Notes: a model not told the origin generated them from the sequence alone. 64,000 nt of DNA from an uncultured delta proteobacterium (GCA_963760795.1 CAVXEP010000013.1:128001-192000); one strand, 5' to 3'; positions 50,279 through 59,645 are shown, numbered from the stretch's first letter. Numbers and translations are program-made.

Positions 50279-50280
50279 AT

Positions 50281-52308
50281 TCAACTGTCGCTTCCCGTTG
50301 TCGGCTGCAACTCCGTCAGTAGTTTCATCAGGGAGGTGAGTTCCACCGGCTTGACCAGGTGACCATTGAACCCGGCCTCTTTGGACTTTTGCCGGTCCTC
50401 GTCCTGACCCCATCCGGTCAACGCGACCATCACGATATTCTTGCCCCACGGTTGTTCGCGTATTTTGCGGGCCGCTTCATAGCCGTTTAGTTTCGGCAGA
50501 CCGATGTCGAGCAGGATGACGCCGGGACGGAAAGCTGTCGTCGCTGCCACCGCCTCGAGGCCGTCGTAGGCCGTGTGTGCCTCATGTCCGGTCATTTGCA
50601 ACAGTGTCGCCATAGAGTCCGCCGACATCCGGTTGTCATCGACAACGAGGATGCGGTAGCCGGTGGTCGTCGGCGCGGTGACGGTCTGTTCTGAAGGCGG
50701 CGGTTGAGCTGGTTTAATCGTTTCAATGACCGGCAGACGCACCACGAACTCGCTCCCCTGACCGACGCCGTTACTGTAGGCTTCCACGGTGCCGCCGTGC
50801 ATCTCGACCAAGTTTTTCACCAGCGTCAGACCGATGCCCAACCCGCCTACCGAACGCTCTAGAGAGGTATCTACCTGCACGAACATGTCGAAGATGCTGG
50901 GAAGCTTGTCGGCGGCGATGCCAACGCCACTATCCCGTACTCGGATAACCGCCTGCTCGCCCTCTCGCTTCACCGTAAGCGAAATGCGACCGCCTTGGTC
51001 GGTGAACTTGCACGCGTTGTTTAGCAAGTTGCCAATCACTTGAGCCAGCCGGGTCGGGTCGGCGTTCAGATACACCGGCTGCTCCGGCAGCGCGACCGTC
51101 AGTTCATGTTCCATGTTCTCGTAGAGCGACCGGGCGGCTTCGACGGCGTGATGCACAGCGGATGCCAGTTCCACCCGCCCGACGCGGAGTTCAATCTTGC
51201 CCCGGCTGATCCGGCTCACGTCGAGCAAGTCGTCCACCAGCCGCACCATCTGGCCGACATGACGTTCCATCATATCGGCAGCGGCTTGAACGTCTCTCCC
51301 GTTGCCCTGCTTTTTGAGCCGCATGATTTCCAGGGCGTTGCGAATCGGGGCGAGAGGGTTTCGGAGTTCATGGGCCAACAGCGCCAAGAACTCGTTTTTG
51401 CGGCGGTCAGACTCCGACAACTCGGCGGTGTATTGTCGCAGCGCGTTGGTCAAGCGCATGCGTTCGGATATGTCGATGAAATAACAGACCACACCGTACT
51501 GTCCATCAGGCAAGGCAATGCGATGAATTTGCCAGTCGTAGTATTCCCGCACCTTGCGGTCATAGCGCTCCTCAGAAAACTCAGGGGCGACATACGGTAC
51601 GCCGGTTTTAAGCGTGTGCCGGAAACGCGCGACGATTTCGTCGGCGGATTCGGGCGGCCACAGGATGTGGATGACCTCGACAAAGTCTCTCCCGATCAGC
51701 TCGCCGATGTCGCCGAAGGCCGGGCGGGCTGTCCGGCTCACCAGCCGGATGCGCATTTCCGCGTCCACCAGGTACATGCCGACAGGGGAGGCATCAAAGA
51801 GGGCTTCGAACCGGGATTGGCTGTCGCGCAGCGCCGCTTCCGTGCGCTTGCGCTCGGTGATGTCGTAAAAGCAATTGATTGCACCCGTGACTTCGCCGCG
51901 TTCGTTCTTGAGCGGACGAATGTTAACGATGACGGTAATCTGTGAGCCGTCGGGCCGCTCGATCTGCACTTCCGCGTCACGTGCGCCGTCTATTTTGCCG
52001 CTCAACACCTCGGACATTGGACATTGGTCGTGGGGCAGAAAACGACCGTCCGGACGGAATAACTTGAATGAGCCGCAGAACCGTTCGTCGGTATCTCCCA
52101 GCGCCGGGGCGCGGCCCCATAATTCAGCCGCGCGCCGGTTGAACTCCTGGATCACACCCGAGGCATTACAAGAATAGATGGCCACCGGACCCAGGTCGAA
52201 CAAGATACGATAACGCTCTTTGGTCTCGAACAGCGCAGCCTCGGACATCTGTGCCTGCACCGAGGAGCCCGGCAGCGCCTCGATTATCTCGCGCAGTTGC
52301 TGTTCCAT
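50281..52308 (-). CDS. hybrid sensor histidine kinase (2 PAS + HisKA + HATPase + REC), soluble
   Basis: LAHELRNPL, NLLNNACKFT, DSGVG, GGLGIGL; receiver ILVVDD...LLDIGLP...KP. Confidence 0.93.
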   Translation of the reverse strand: MEQQLREIIEALPGSSVQAQMSEAALFETKERYRILFDLGPVAIYSCNASGVIQEFNRRAAELWGRAPALGDTDERFCGSFKLFRPDGRFLPHDQCPMSEVLSGKIDGARDAEVQIERPDGSQITVIVNIRPLKNERGEVTGAINCFYDITERKRTEAALRDSQSRFEALFDASPVGMYLVDAEMRIRLVSRTARPAFGDIGELIGRDFVEVIHILWPPESADEIVARFRHTLKTGVPYVAPEFSEERYDRKVREYYDWQIHRIALPDGQYGVVCYFIDISERMRLTNALRQYTAELSESDRRKNEFLALLAHELRNPLAPIRNALEIMRLKKQGNGRDVQAAADMMERHVGQMVRLVDDLLDVSRISRGKIELRVGRVELASAVHHAVEAARSLYENMEHELTVALPEQPVYLNADPTRLAQVIGNLLNNACKFTDQGGRISLTVKREGEQAVIRVRDSGVGIAADKLPSIFDMFVQVDTSLERSVGGLGIGLTLVKNLVEMHGGTVEAYSNGVGQGSEFVVRLPVIETIKPAQPPPSEQTVTAPTTTGYRILVVDDNRMSADSMATLLQMTGHEAHTAYDGLEAVAATTAFRPGVILLDIGLPKLNGYEAARKIREQPWGKNIVMVALTGWGQDEDRQKSKEAGFNGHLVKPVELTSLMKLLTELQPTTGSDS

Positions 52309-52369
52309 GGGTCATCGGCGTGTCGGCGTTGTTCATTTCGTTTTCCTTCCGCGCATTTAGCGCTTACGC

Positions 52370-52535
52370 GGGCGGGGCTTAGACCTTGTCCTCGCATCGG
52401 TTCGCCGATCACTAATCCCTTGGCGGAGATCTCGTAGGCGAACATATCGATGCTATGCGAGCTTCGGCGCATCTCTTGCGCCATCATGACTTTGCGCAAT
52501 TGCCCGTCGAACGAGAGTAGCGTAGCGCGCCGACA
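52370..52535 (-). pseudogene. C-terminal remnant of a KaiC/RAD55-like ATPase
   Basis: SFDGQLRKVMMAQEMRRSSHSIDMFAYEISAKGLVIGEPMRG resembles the KMR-x-S-x-H C-terminus of KaiC-like ATPases. Confidence 0.55.
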
Positions 52536-52603
52536 CCCTATTTACTATCCAGTTCACGGATTTGTTTAAAAGCGGTGAACGCCGGTCTTAAATACCGGCG
52601 CGG

Positions 52604-53560
52604 TCACTTGCGCAGACCCAACTCCCGTTGGGCCTCGAACAAGGGCGCCAGGTCGGCAACTTCATTCAGGGGAATCTGCCGCGCCAGGTTCATCGACTTG
52701 CGTAATCCGTCCAGCACCACGCGCATGCCGTCTTCGGGAATGCTACCGTCGGCACTGAAGCTGCTGACGGCGGAATCGTAAGCCGCTGCGGCGAACTCCG
52801 GTTTGGACTTGGCCCAGCTGACCAGCACCTGAATGGTGCCGTCGCGATTCTTTAAAATATAATTGTTCGCCTTCAGCATCGCTCGCAGCACGCGCTTTAC
52901 CTCGTCGGGACGCTCGCTCAGCTTCTTCATGCCGGTGGCCAGGCCATTGTAGGGAAAACGAAAAATATCGCCGGCGCGGCTGATTATATTAAAGCCCATC
53001 CGTTTCGCTTCGAAATCCACCGGCGGCGCGACGATCATCACGTCGATGACGCCCTCCTTGAGGGCGGTCAAGCGCGCCGCGTCGGAACCGAGCGCCAAGA
53101 GCTTAATCTCGCTCTCCGGATCGATGCCATGATGCTTGACCACCATGCGCGCGATAATATCCGGCGTCGAACCATAAGAGCCGACGCCGATGGTTTTGCC
53201 TTTCACTTCTTTAACGGTCTTGATATCCGCTCGGCTGACTAACGACAGCGGCGTGCGGTCGAGGGAGCAGGCGACCATTTTCACCCGTGCACCTTTCAAG
53301 TTGGCGATGATTGCCGAGCCGATCAAGGTTGAATAATCGACATCGGCGCTCACCAGCGCCATGGTCGCGACATTGGGATTCATGCGGATGATTTCCGCAT
53401 CGATCCCCTCTTGTTTGAAGAAGCCGCGCGTCTGGGCGACGCCGACGGTGAGATTGGAAATATTGTAATTGGACACGCCGATCCTGACTTTGTCGGCAGC
53501 GTCAAGATCGGCCGCGAATATCATGGCGCATACAGCGACTAGAATCGTTCTTACCCGCAT
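52604..53560 (-). CDS. NMT1/SsuA-type substrate-binding protein
   Basis: GFFKQEGID and VKEVKGKTIGVGSYGS motifs; GGAGG RBS. Confidence 0.87.
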   Translation of the reverse strand: MRVRTILVAVCAMIFAADLDAADKVRIGVSNYNISNLTVGVAQTRGFFKQEGIDAEIIRMNPNVATMALVSADVDYSTLIGSAIIANLKGARVKMVACSLDRTPLSLVSRADIKTVKEVKGKTIGVGSYGSTPDIIARMVVKHHGIDPESEIKLLALGSDAARLTALKEGVIDVMIVAPPVDFEAKRMGFNIISRAGDIFRFPYNGLATGMKKLSERPDEVKRVLRAMLKANNYILKNRDGTIQVLVSWAKSKPEFAAAAYDSAVSSFSADGSIPEDGMRVVLDGLRKSMNLARQIPLNEVADLAPLFEAQRELGLRK

Positions 53561-53583
53561 CAAACACCTCCGCTTGGTGTTGC

Positions 53584-53612
53584 TTGACAGCCGCGGCACC
53601 AGCCGATATTTG
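53584..53612 (+). promoter_or_regulatory. candidate sigma70 promoter for the ubiD-like cluster
   Basis: TTGACA-N17-TATTTG about 70 nt upstream of ATG 53685. Confidence 0.4.
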
Positions 53613-53684
53613 AGCTTAACATTGATGAGGTTTTATACGCGTACGGTTGTCGAAAGCAAAGCCCAATTTGGCTAGAGTGACTTC

Positions 53685-55103
53685 ATGGCCCACAACGATC
53701 TGCAAGAATATTTGACGCGCTTGGAAGCAGCCGGCAAGCTCCACTGGATCGAGCAGCGCGTCGACCCATCCTGGGAAGTGTCGGCGATCACCCGCCACAG
53801 CTTCGACCGCTACGGCTGGAACGACCGGCCGGCGCTGGGCTTTCGCCAAGTCGGCGTCAGCGAATTTCCCCTGGTGATCGGTGTGATCGGCGGCTCGCCG
53901 GAAATCTATGCGCTCGCGCTGTCGACGACGGTAGACAAAATTCCCGAAGTCTGGGAACGCGGACAGCGTCATCCGATCGATCCGGTGATCGCGCCAACTG
54001 GTCTGTGCAAGGAGATCATTATCCGCAGCTCAGCGATTGACCTCGGCAGCCTGCCCCAGGTGGTCTGGACGCCGAACCAAGATCCCGGACCGTATATCAC
54101 CGCGCCGGTGGTCATTACTAAAGATGCCGAAACCGGCAGGCGCAACGTCGGCACCTACCGGCTGCAGTTGAAAGGCGCCAACCGGCTCGGCTTATACGTC
54201 GGCGGCGCGCAGCACGCCGCGCGCCATATTCGCCAGTACGAAGCGCTCAAAAAGGACATGCCGATCGCCATCGCCATCGGCATGGACCCGACCATCGTGC
54301 TCACATCCATCAGCAAATTTCCCTACGGCACCGATGAGTTTTCCGTTGCCGGCGGCCTGCGCGGCGAACCGGTGCCGCTGGTGCAATGCGAAACCGTCGA
54401 TCTCCAAGTGCCGGCCAATGCCGAGATCGTTCTCGAAGGCGTGCTGCGCGCCGGCTATCGCGAACAGGAAGGCCCCTTCGGCGAATTTTCCGGTTACATG
54501 AGTCCCGGCGGCCAACAGCCGGTGATCGACATCACCTGCATCACTCGAAGACGCACGCCGGTTTATCATTCGTTTCTAAGTCAAATGCCGCCCAGCGAAT
54601 CGAGCTGCATCCGCAGCCTGAGCCGTTCCGCTGGATTATTTCACCACCTGCGCAACGTGCTCGGCCTGCCGGTGCAAGACGTCCACTTCACCGAAGCCGG
54701 CGGCGCCAGCGGCATGCTGGTGATCTCGATGAAGAAAGAATATCCCGAACAGGTCAAAGAAGTCGCCTGGGGCGCCTGGTCGCTAATGAACAAGGAAGGC
54801 AAATTCACCGTGGTGGTCGACGACGACATCGACGTGCGCAATCCCTTCCAGGTCGAATGGGCCATGGGTTTTCGCGCCCAACCGGCGCGCGATAGTTTCA
54901 TAGTCGACGGCGTGGTCCCTTCCGGCGTCGATCCGTCCACCGCCGCAGCGGACATTCCGCAACATGACCCGCGCCGGCGCGCCGGCAGCAAGATGCTCAT
55001 CGACGCCACCCGCAAACATCCCTACCCGCCGGCCGCGCGAGTTCCCAAGGAATTTATCGACAAAGCGAAACAGAAATGGTCCGAGTATGGCTTCAGCAAA
55101 TAA
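53685..55103 (+). CDS. UbiD family prFMN-dependent (de)carboxylase
   Basis: DPGPYIT, RNVGTYR, EGPFGEFSGY, PPSE and VVVDDDIDV motifs. Confidence 0.92.
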   Translation: MAHNDLQEYLTRLEAAGKLHWIEQRVDPSWEVSAITRHSFDRYGWNDRPALGFRQVGVSEFPLVIGVIGGSPEIYALALSTTVDKIPEVWERGQRHPIDPVIAPTGLCKEIIIRSSAIDLGSLPQVVWTPNQDPGPYITAPVVITKDAETGRRNVGTYRLQLKGANRLGLYVGGAQHAARHIRQYEALKKDMPIAIAIGMDPTIVLTSISKFPYGTDEFSVAGGLRGEPVPLVQCETVDLQVPANAEIVLEGVLRAGYREQEGPFGEFSGYMSPGGQQPVIDITCITRRRTPVYHSFLSQMPPSESSCIRSLSRSAGLFHHLRNVLGLPVQDVHFTEAGGASGMLVISMKKEYPEQVKEVAWGAWSLMNKEGKFTVVVDDDIDVRNPFQVEWAMGFRAQPARDSFIVDGVVPSGVDPSTAAADIPQHDPRRRAGSKMLIDATRKHPYPPAARVPKEFIDKAKQKWSEYGFSK

Positions 55104-55116
55104 AAGTACGATTCTG

Positions 55117-55198
55117 TTCACCACGAAGGCGCGAAGGACACGAAGGTTTCTAAAACACAACACTCCGAACTTCGTGATCTTCGTGCCTTCGTGGTGAA
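55117..55198. repeat. palindromic element family A, copy 3 (opposite orientation)
   Basis: ttcaccacgaaggcgcgaaggacacgaaggtttc...tccgaacttcgtgatcttcgtgccttcgtggtgaa. Confidence 0.9.
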
Positions 55199-55211
55199 AA
55201 ACGATTTTCCT

Positions 55212-56169
55212 ATGAAACTACCGGTCATCTTCACCCTTATGTTTTTCAGCCTCTGCCGGCCGGCTAAGCGCCGCCGACAAAGTCCGCGTCTCGGTGACCA
55301 ATTACAATATGAGCTATCTCGCCGCCGGCGTGGCTGCGAAGAAGGGCATTTTCAAGGAAGAAGGGATAGACGTAGAAATCATCCGCATGAACGCCAACGT
55401 GGCGATGTCGGCATTGATCGCCGGCGAGTGCGACTACACGATGATTTTCGCCTCGGTGATCCGCGCCGCCATGCGCGGCATTCCGCTCAAGGTCATCGCC
55501 GTGCTCATCGACAGCCCGCCCTATGCGTTCATCGCCAAGCCCGAATTGACCAACCTAAAAGCGCTCAAAGGCAAAACCATCGGCATCGGTGTATTCGGCA
55601 GCTCCAACGACGTGGTCGCGCGGCTGATGCTGGAGCGCTCCGGCATCGATCCCGACAAAGAAACAAAACTAATCGCCTTCGGTTCCGACGGCGCGCGCTT
55701 CGCGGCGGTCAAAGAAGGGTTGGTCGACGCCGCCATCATCGCGCCGCCGGCTGATTCTCAAGCACGTAAGATCGGCCTCAACGTCCTGGCGCGCGCCAAC
55801 GATTTTTTCAAGTTCCCGCACATCGGCCTCGGCACCAGCAGCAAAAAACTCAAAGAGAAGCCGCAGGAAGTGACTCAAGTCATCAAAGCGTTCATCAGAG
55901 CCAATCGCTTCATCCGCGACAATCGCCAGGAAGCTATCAACATCTTGGCCGACTGGGGCAAGACCCAACGCGAGGATGCAGTTGCGGCGTACGATTCGAC
56001 TTGGCAATTATTCAGTCAAGACGGCATGATGCCTGATGACGGCATGAAGCTGGTGATCGACGATGCCAGAAACGCCATCAAATTGAATCGCCCGGTGCCC
56101 ATCGCCGAAGTCGCCGACGCCAGTGCACTACGAGAAGCGCAGCGCATGCTTGGCATCAAAGCGAAGTAG
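55212..56169 (+). CDS. NMT1/SsuA-type substrate-binding protein, frameshift in signal peptide near 55260
   Basis: MKLPVIFTLMFF in one frame, AADKVRVSVTNYN...GIFKEEGID in the 55294 frame; paralog of 52604. Confidence 0.82.
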
Positions 56170-56181
56170 GATGAAAAAGAC

Positions 56182-56267
56182 TTTTCACCACGAAGGACAC
56201 GAAGAGCACGAAGTTCGGACAAATTAATTCCGAAACCTTCGTGTCCTTCGTACCTCCGTGGTGAAAA
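56182..56267. repeat. palindromic element family A, copy 4
   Basis: ttttcaccacgaaggacacgaagagcacgaagttcgga...ttccgaaaccttcgtgtccttcgtacctccgtggtgaaaa. Confidence 0.92.
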
Positions 56268-56299
56268 CAATCTTCGCATTAAACTAGGAGAATTCACTC

Positions 56300-57409
56300 A
56301 TGGTCAACTTCATGGATTTCTACTACACCGGTCCCGACACACTGGCGGGACGCTATATGCGAAAATTTTGGCACCCGGTTTTTCGCGCGCAAGATTTGAA
56401 GCCAGGCTGGGCCAAGCCGATCAAGATTCTCGGCGAACAGTTTACGCTCTACCGCGGCGACGGCGGCAAACCGCATGTCGTCGACTTTCGCTGCCCGCAT
56501 CGCCAGTCGCAGCTATCCATCGGCTGGATCGAAGACGACTCGATTCGCTGCCGCTTTCACGGCTGGAAGTTCGATCAAACCGGACAATGCGTCGAACAGC
56601 CTGCCGAGAAAGAATCCTTCGCCGAAAAAATGCGCATCCGCAGCTGTCCGACCGAGGAATACCTCGGCCTGATCTTCGTCTACTTTGGCGCAGGCGCGCC
56701 GCCGCCACTGCCGCGTTATGCCGATTTTGAAAAAGATAATCTCTGGGCGGAAACCTATGTACGCCCGTGCAACTACGTCAACAATTTGGAAAACGACCCG
56801 ATTCACATTCCATTCACCCATCGGGAATCGGAATTCTACATGAACCGGCCGCCGGAGATTCCGGAAATCAGCGTCGAGGAAAGCGAGTGGGGCGTGCTGC
56901 TGCAATCGACTTTCCCTAGCGGCCGGCTGTACATCACACAGCACGGGCTGCCAAACATTCTCTGCTTCCGCGAACGCGACCGGGATCATTTGGCTTGGCG
57001 CGTGCCCATCGACGACGACAGTCATTGCAGCTTCCAGCTCGACGTCACCCATATTACCGAAGGCGACGAAGGCGAAGCGTACAAAAACCGCCACAAAGCC
57101 CGCGAAGGCAAGCTCGGCCGCTCGCCCAAAGAAATCGGCGAAGCGGTGCTGCGCGGCGACTTGCGCATCCAAGACATCGAGGGACCGGAGCGCTCGAACA
57201 TCGTCTGGATCCAGGACTACGCCACGCAGGTCGGCCAGGGGCCACTCGAACTGAGAAAAAAAGAGATGCTCGGCCGCTCCGACCGCGCGCTGATCCTGAT
57301 CCGGAAAATCTGGGAGCGCGAATTGCAAAATCTTGAAGCCGGCAAACCGCTCAAGCAGTGGCAGCGCACCGAACGGCTGGCGGGACTGCATTCGCAGGCA
57401 AACGATTAA
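56300..57409 (+). CDS. Rieske non-heme iron oxygenase alpha subunit
   Basis: CPHRQ...CRFHGW; NNLENDPIHIPFTH; IQD. Confidence 0.9.
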   Translation: MVNFMDFYYTGPDTLAGRYMRKFWHPVFRAQDLKPGWAKPIKILGEQFTLYRGDGGKPHVVDFRCPHRQSQLSIGWIEDDSIRCRFHGWKFDQTGQCVEQPAEKESFAEKMRIRSCPTEEYLGLIFVYFGAGAPPPLPRYADFEKDNLWAETYVRPCNYVNNLENDPIHIPFTHRESEFYMNRPPEIPEISVEESEWGVLLQSTFPSGRLYITQHGLPNILCFRERDRDHLAWRVPIDDDSHCSFQLDVTHITEGDEGEAYKNRHKAREGKLGRSPKEIGEAVLRGDLRIQDIEGPERSNIVWIQDYATQVGQGPLELRKKEMLGRSDRALILIRKIWERELQNLEAGKPLKQWQRTERLAGLHSQAND

Positions 57410-57425
57410 TTCCATGCGCCCACTT

Positions 57426-57556
57426 TGTCGCATTCGAGGCGTTATCTTTTTCCACCCGAAGAGCCTGCGCCTTGGTGATATTCTGTGCCGAGCACAAAGA
57501 ATTTCGCCTTCAAAACTCCCACGAAATGCTCGACGCTTCGCTGCGCTCAGCATGAC
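57426..57556. repeat. degenerate GTC-type REP doublet overlapping the SBP start
   Basis: right arm gacgcttcgctgcgctcagcatgac resembles 15716..15743 and contains ATG 57552. Confidence 0.6.
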
Positions 57557-58490
57557 CCTATTGCTCGCCGAGATCCTTACCCTGGGTGGTTCCGCCCAGG
57601 CCAAAACCATCACTGTCGCCTACCCCTCGCCATCCTGGAACACTTCTCTGCCGGTCAGCACCGCGCGTGACTTCGGCATTTTCGCCGCCGAAGGATTGGA
57701 CGTACGACCAGTCTACGTGCGCGGCGGGCCGGTGGTCATGGCCGCTTTGCTGAGCGGGGAAGCCGATTACGCGATCATGGCGGGAGTCACGGCAGTCACG
57801 AGTATCTCGCGCGGCGCCGATGTCGTCATCGTTGGCGGCCACACGGCTTACATCGACCAAGTGCTGGTCGGCGCGAAAAGCGTAGCCAGGCTGAGCGACC
57901 TCAAAGGCAAAGTGGTCGGCGTCACCGGCGCCGGCGGCGTGACCGAGTTCGCCACCGTCGAAGCGTTGGCCAGGAAAGGATTCATCCGCGACAAGGACTA
58001 TAGCGTGATGTATGCCGGCAACAGTCCGGCGCGCGTCAACGCGCTTGAATCCGGCCTCATTCATGCCGGCGCTTTCTCCGCCAACGAAAAAGTCGTCATG
58101 GAGGAACGCGGCTTCCCGTTGCTCTTGGAAACCGGCAAGACCCTGCCGGAGTTCCCTTTCATGGTCGTCGTCACCTATCGGCAGAAACTCAAGACCAATC
58201 CCACAGAAGTGGTCGCGTTTCTGCGCGCCTTGCGCAACGCCATGAGCGTGATTCAGAGCGGTAAAGACAAAGTCATCGCGGCGGCGGCGAAAAAAGATCC
58301 CAGCGCTAACGTCAATGTGCTGCGCAAATCTTTGGACTACACGCTCGACAGCTTCTCCATCGCTCTCGGCAAGAAAAACATTCACGCCTTGGTTAGCGCC
58401 GCGAAAATCAACGTCAATCTCGACGTTCCTGGCGGCACGGAGAAGTTTTTCGTTGACGAGTTTCTCACGCGAGCACTCGGCGGCAAATGA
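57552..58490 (+). CDS. NMT1/SsuA-type substrate-binding protein (start 57552 or 57414)
   Basis: AQAKTITVAYPS, GIFAAEGLDV and LSDLKGKVVGVT motifs. Confidence 0.82.
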   Translation: MTLLLAEILTLGGSAQAKTITVAYPSPSWNTSLPVSTARDFGIFAAEGLDVRPVYVRGGPVVMAALLSGEADYAIMAGVTAVTSISRGADVVIVGGHTAYIDQVLVGAKSVARLSDLKGKVVGVTGAGGVTEFATVEALARKGFIRDKDYSVMYAGNSPARVNALESGLIHAGAFSANEKVVMEERGFPLLLETGKTLPEFPFMVVVTYRQKLKTNPTEVVAFLRALRNAMSVIQSGKDKVIAAAAKKDPSANVNVLRKSLDYTLDSFSIALGKKNIHALVSAAKINVNLDVPGGTEKFFVDEFLTRALGGK

Positions 58491-58517
58491 TAATGGTCGT
58501 TGGCAAATCAGACAAGA

Positions 58518-58621
58518 AAAACTCCCCTGCCCCTCTTTGTCAAAGAGGGGTAAGTCACATTGCGCTGAAAACACGGCGCGACTCTTTCCCCCTTTGAAAA
58601 AGGGGGACCAAGGGGGATTTT
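58518..58621. repeat. C/G-run REP-like doublet
   Basis: ctcccctgcccctctttgtcaaagagggg ... tccccctttgaaaaagggggaccaagggggattt. Confidence 0.75.
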
Positions 58622-58665
58622 CTTCGAGCGACGGCGTTACAACGAACCGAATGACGGTGGCACAT

Positions 58666-59610
58666 ATGAATAAACCCGAACTCAGCTTGATGATGACGCA
58701 CTATGACCGTACCCATGCGCTTTTCTCCGGCGCAGTAACCATCGAGGGGGCCAAGCTCAACGTTTGCCCGCCGCCGTTGCAAGGCGATGCCTGTTACAAG
58801 CCGGTCTACGAACAGTTCGACATCGCCGAGATGTCGCTGTCCTGGTACGTCATGGCGCGCCTGCGCGGCGAGCCGTTGGTTGCCCTGCCGATTTTTCCGC
58901 TGCGCATGTTCATCCAGCCCTATCTTTTCTGCCGCGAACCATCGGCGATCGAAAAACCCGAAGACCTTCTGGGTAAACGAATCGGCATCCAGCAATACCG
59001 CATCACGGTCGGCCTGTGGGCGCGCGGCATTGTCAAAGAACACCACGGCGTCGACTATACCGCGAATCAATGGATCACCAGCGAACCGGAAGGCGCGGGC
59101 TTTCAAACTCCCGGCAACATCAAACTCGAACTCACGGACGCCGATCTCGAGACGCTGTTGTTCGACGGCAAGCTCGACGCGCTGCTTTTGCCCAACGTGT
59201 CAAAAGCCTTTCGCGCCGGCGATCCGCGCATGCGGCGCGTCTTCACCGATTGCCGTGCAGCCGTCGGCGATTATTTTCAAGCGACCGGGATTTTCCCGAT
59301 CACCCACGCCATGGTCGTGCACGAGCGGCTGCTCGCCAAACATCCATGGCTCTGCCAGCAGCTCGTCAACGCATTCAACGAAGCTGATCGCCGCTGCCAG
59401 ATCGATTACGAGTATCCCAAGCGCTTTTCCTTCCCCACCGCGGTGCTTTTTCTCGAAGAGGAAGAGAAACGCTTTGGCAAGAACTCTTGGTCCCATGGGC
59501 TCGAACCGAACCGCAAGGTCTTGGAAAAGTTCGTCGCGTACGCCCACGACCAAGGCTATATTCCCTATCAACCGGCGCTGGAGGATATCTTCGCGCCACT
59601 GAGCGACTAG
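58666..59610 (+). CDS. 4,5-dihydroxyphthalate decarboxylase-like protein (SBP fold)
   Basis: YDRTHAL..G.V, FDIAEMSLS, ALPIFPLRMF, WARG, TGIFPITH and G..PNRKVLE motifs. Confidence 0.82.
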   Translation: MNKPELSLMMTHYDRTHALFSGAVTIEGAKLNVCPPPLQGDACYKPVYEQFDIAEMSLSWYVMARLRGEPLVALPIFPLRMFIQPYLFCREPSAIEKPEDLLGKRIGIQQYRITVGLWARGIVKEHHGVDYTANQWITSEPEGAGFQTPGNIKLELTDADLETLLFDGKLDALLLPNVSKAFRAGDPRMRRVFTDCRAAVGDYFQATGIFPITHAMVVHERLLAKHPWLCQQLVNAFNEADRRCQIDYEYPKRFSFPTAVLFLEEEEKRFGKNSWSHGLEPNRKVLEKFVAYAHDQGYIPYQPALEDIFAPLSD

Positions 59611-59645
59611 AATTCCGTCCGCATCGAATCATTGGAGGTTAGAAA

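Noticed and set aside
1955-55260. Programmed ribosomal frameshifting or phase variation at the split genes
   Set aside because: No consistent slippery heptamers or long homopolymer/microsatellite tracts; the indels affect unrelated gene types, as expected of sequencing error.
3431-56267. Family A and other periodic repeats as CRISPR arrays
   Set aside because: The copies are dispersed palindromes with no repeat-spacer-repeat structure, and no cas genes are present.
1010-59602. Long antisense or alternate-frame ORFs (e.g. 1010..2062, 8268..9539, 51040..51945, 56513..57613, 57558..58574, 58787..59602, 31492..31719)
   Set aside because: They overlap well-supported genes, lack recognisable motifs, and are expected shadows of GC-rich codon usage.
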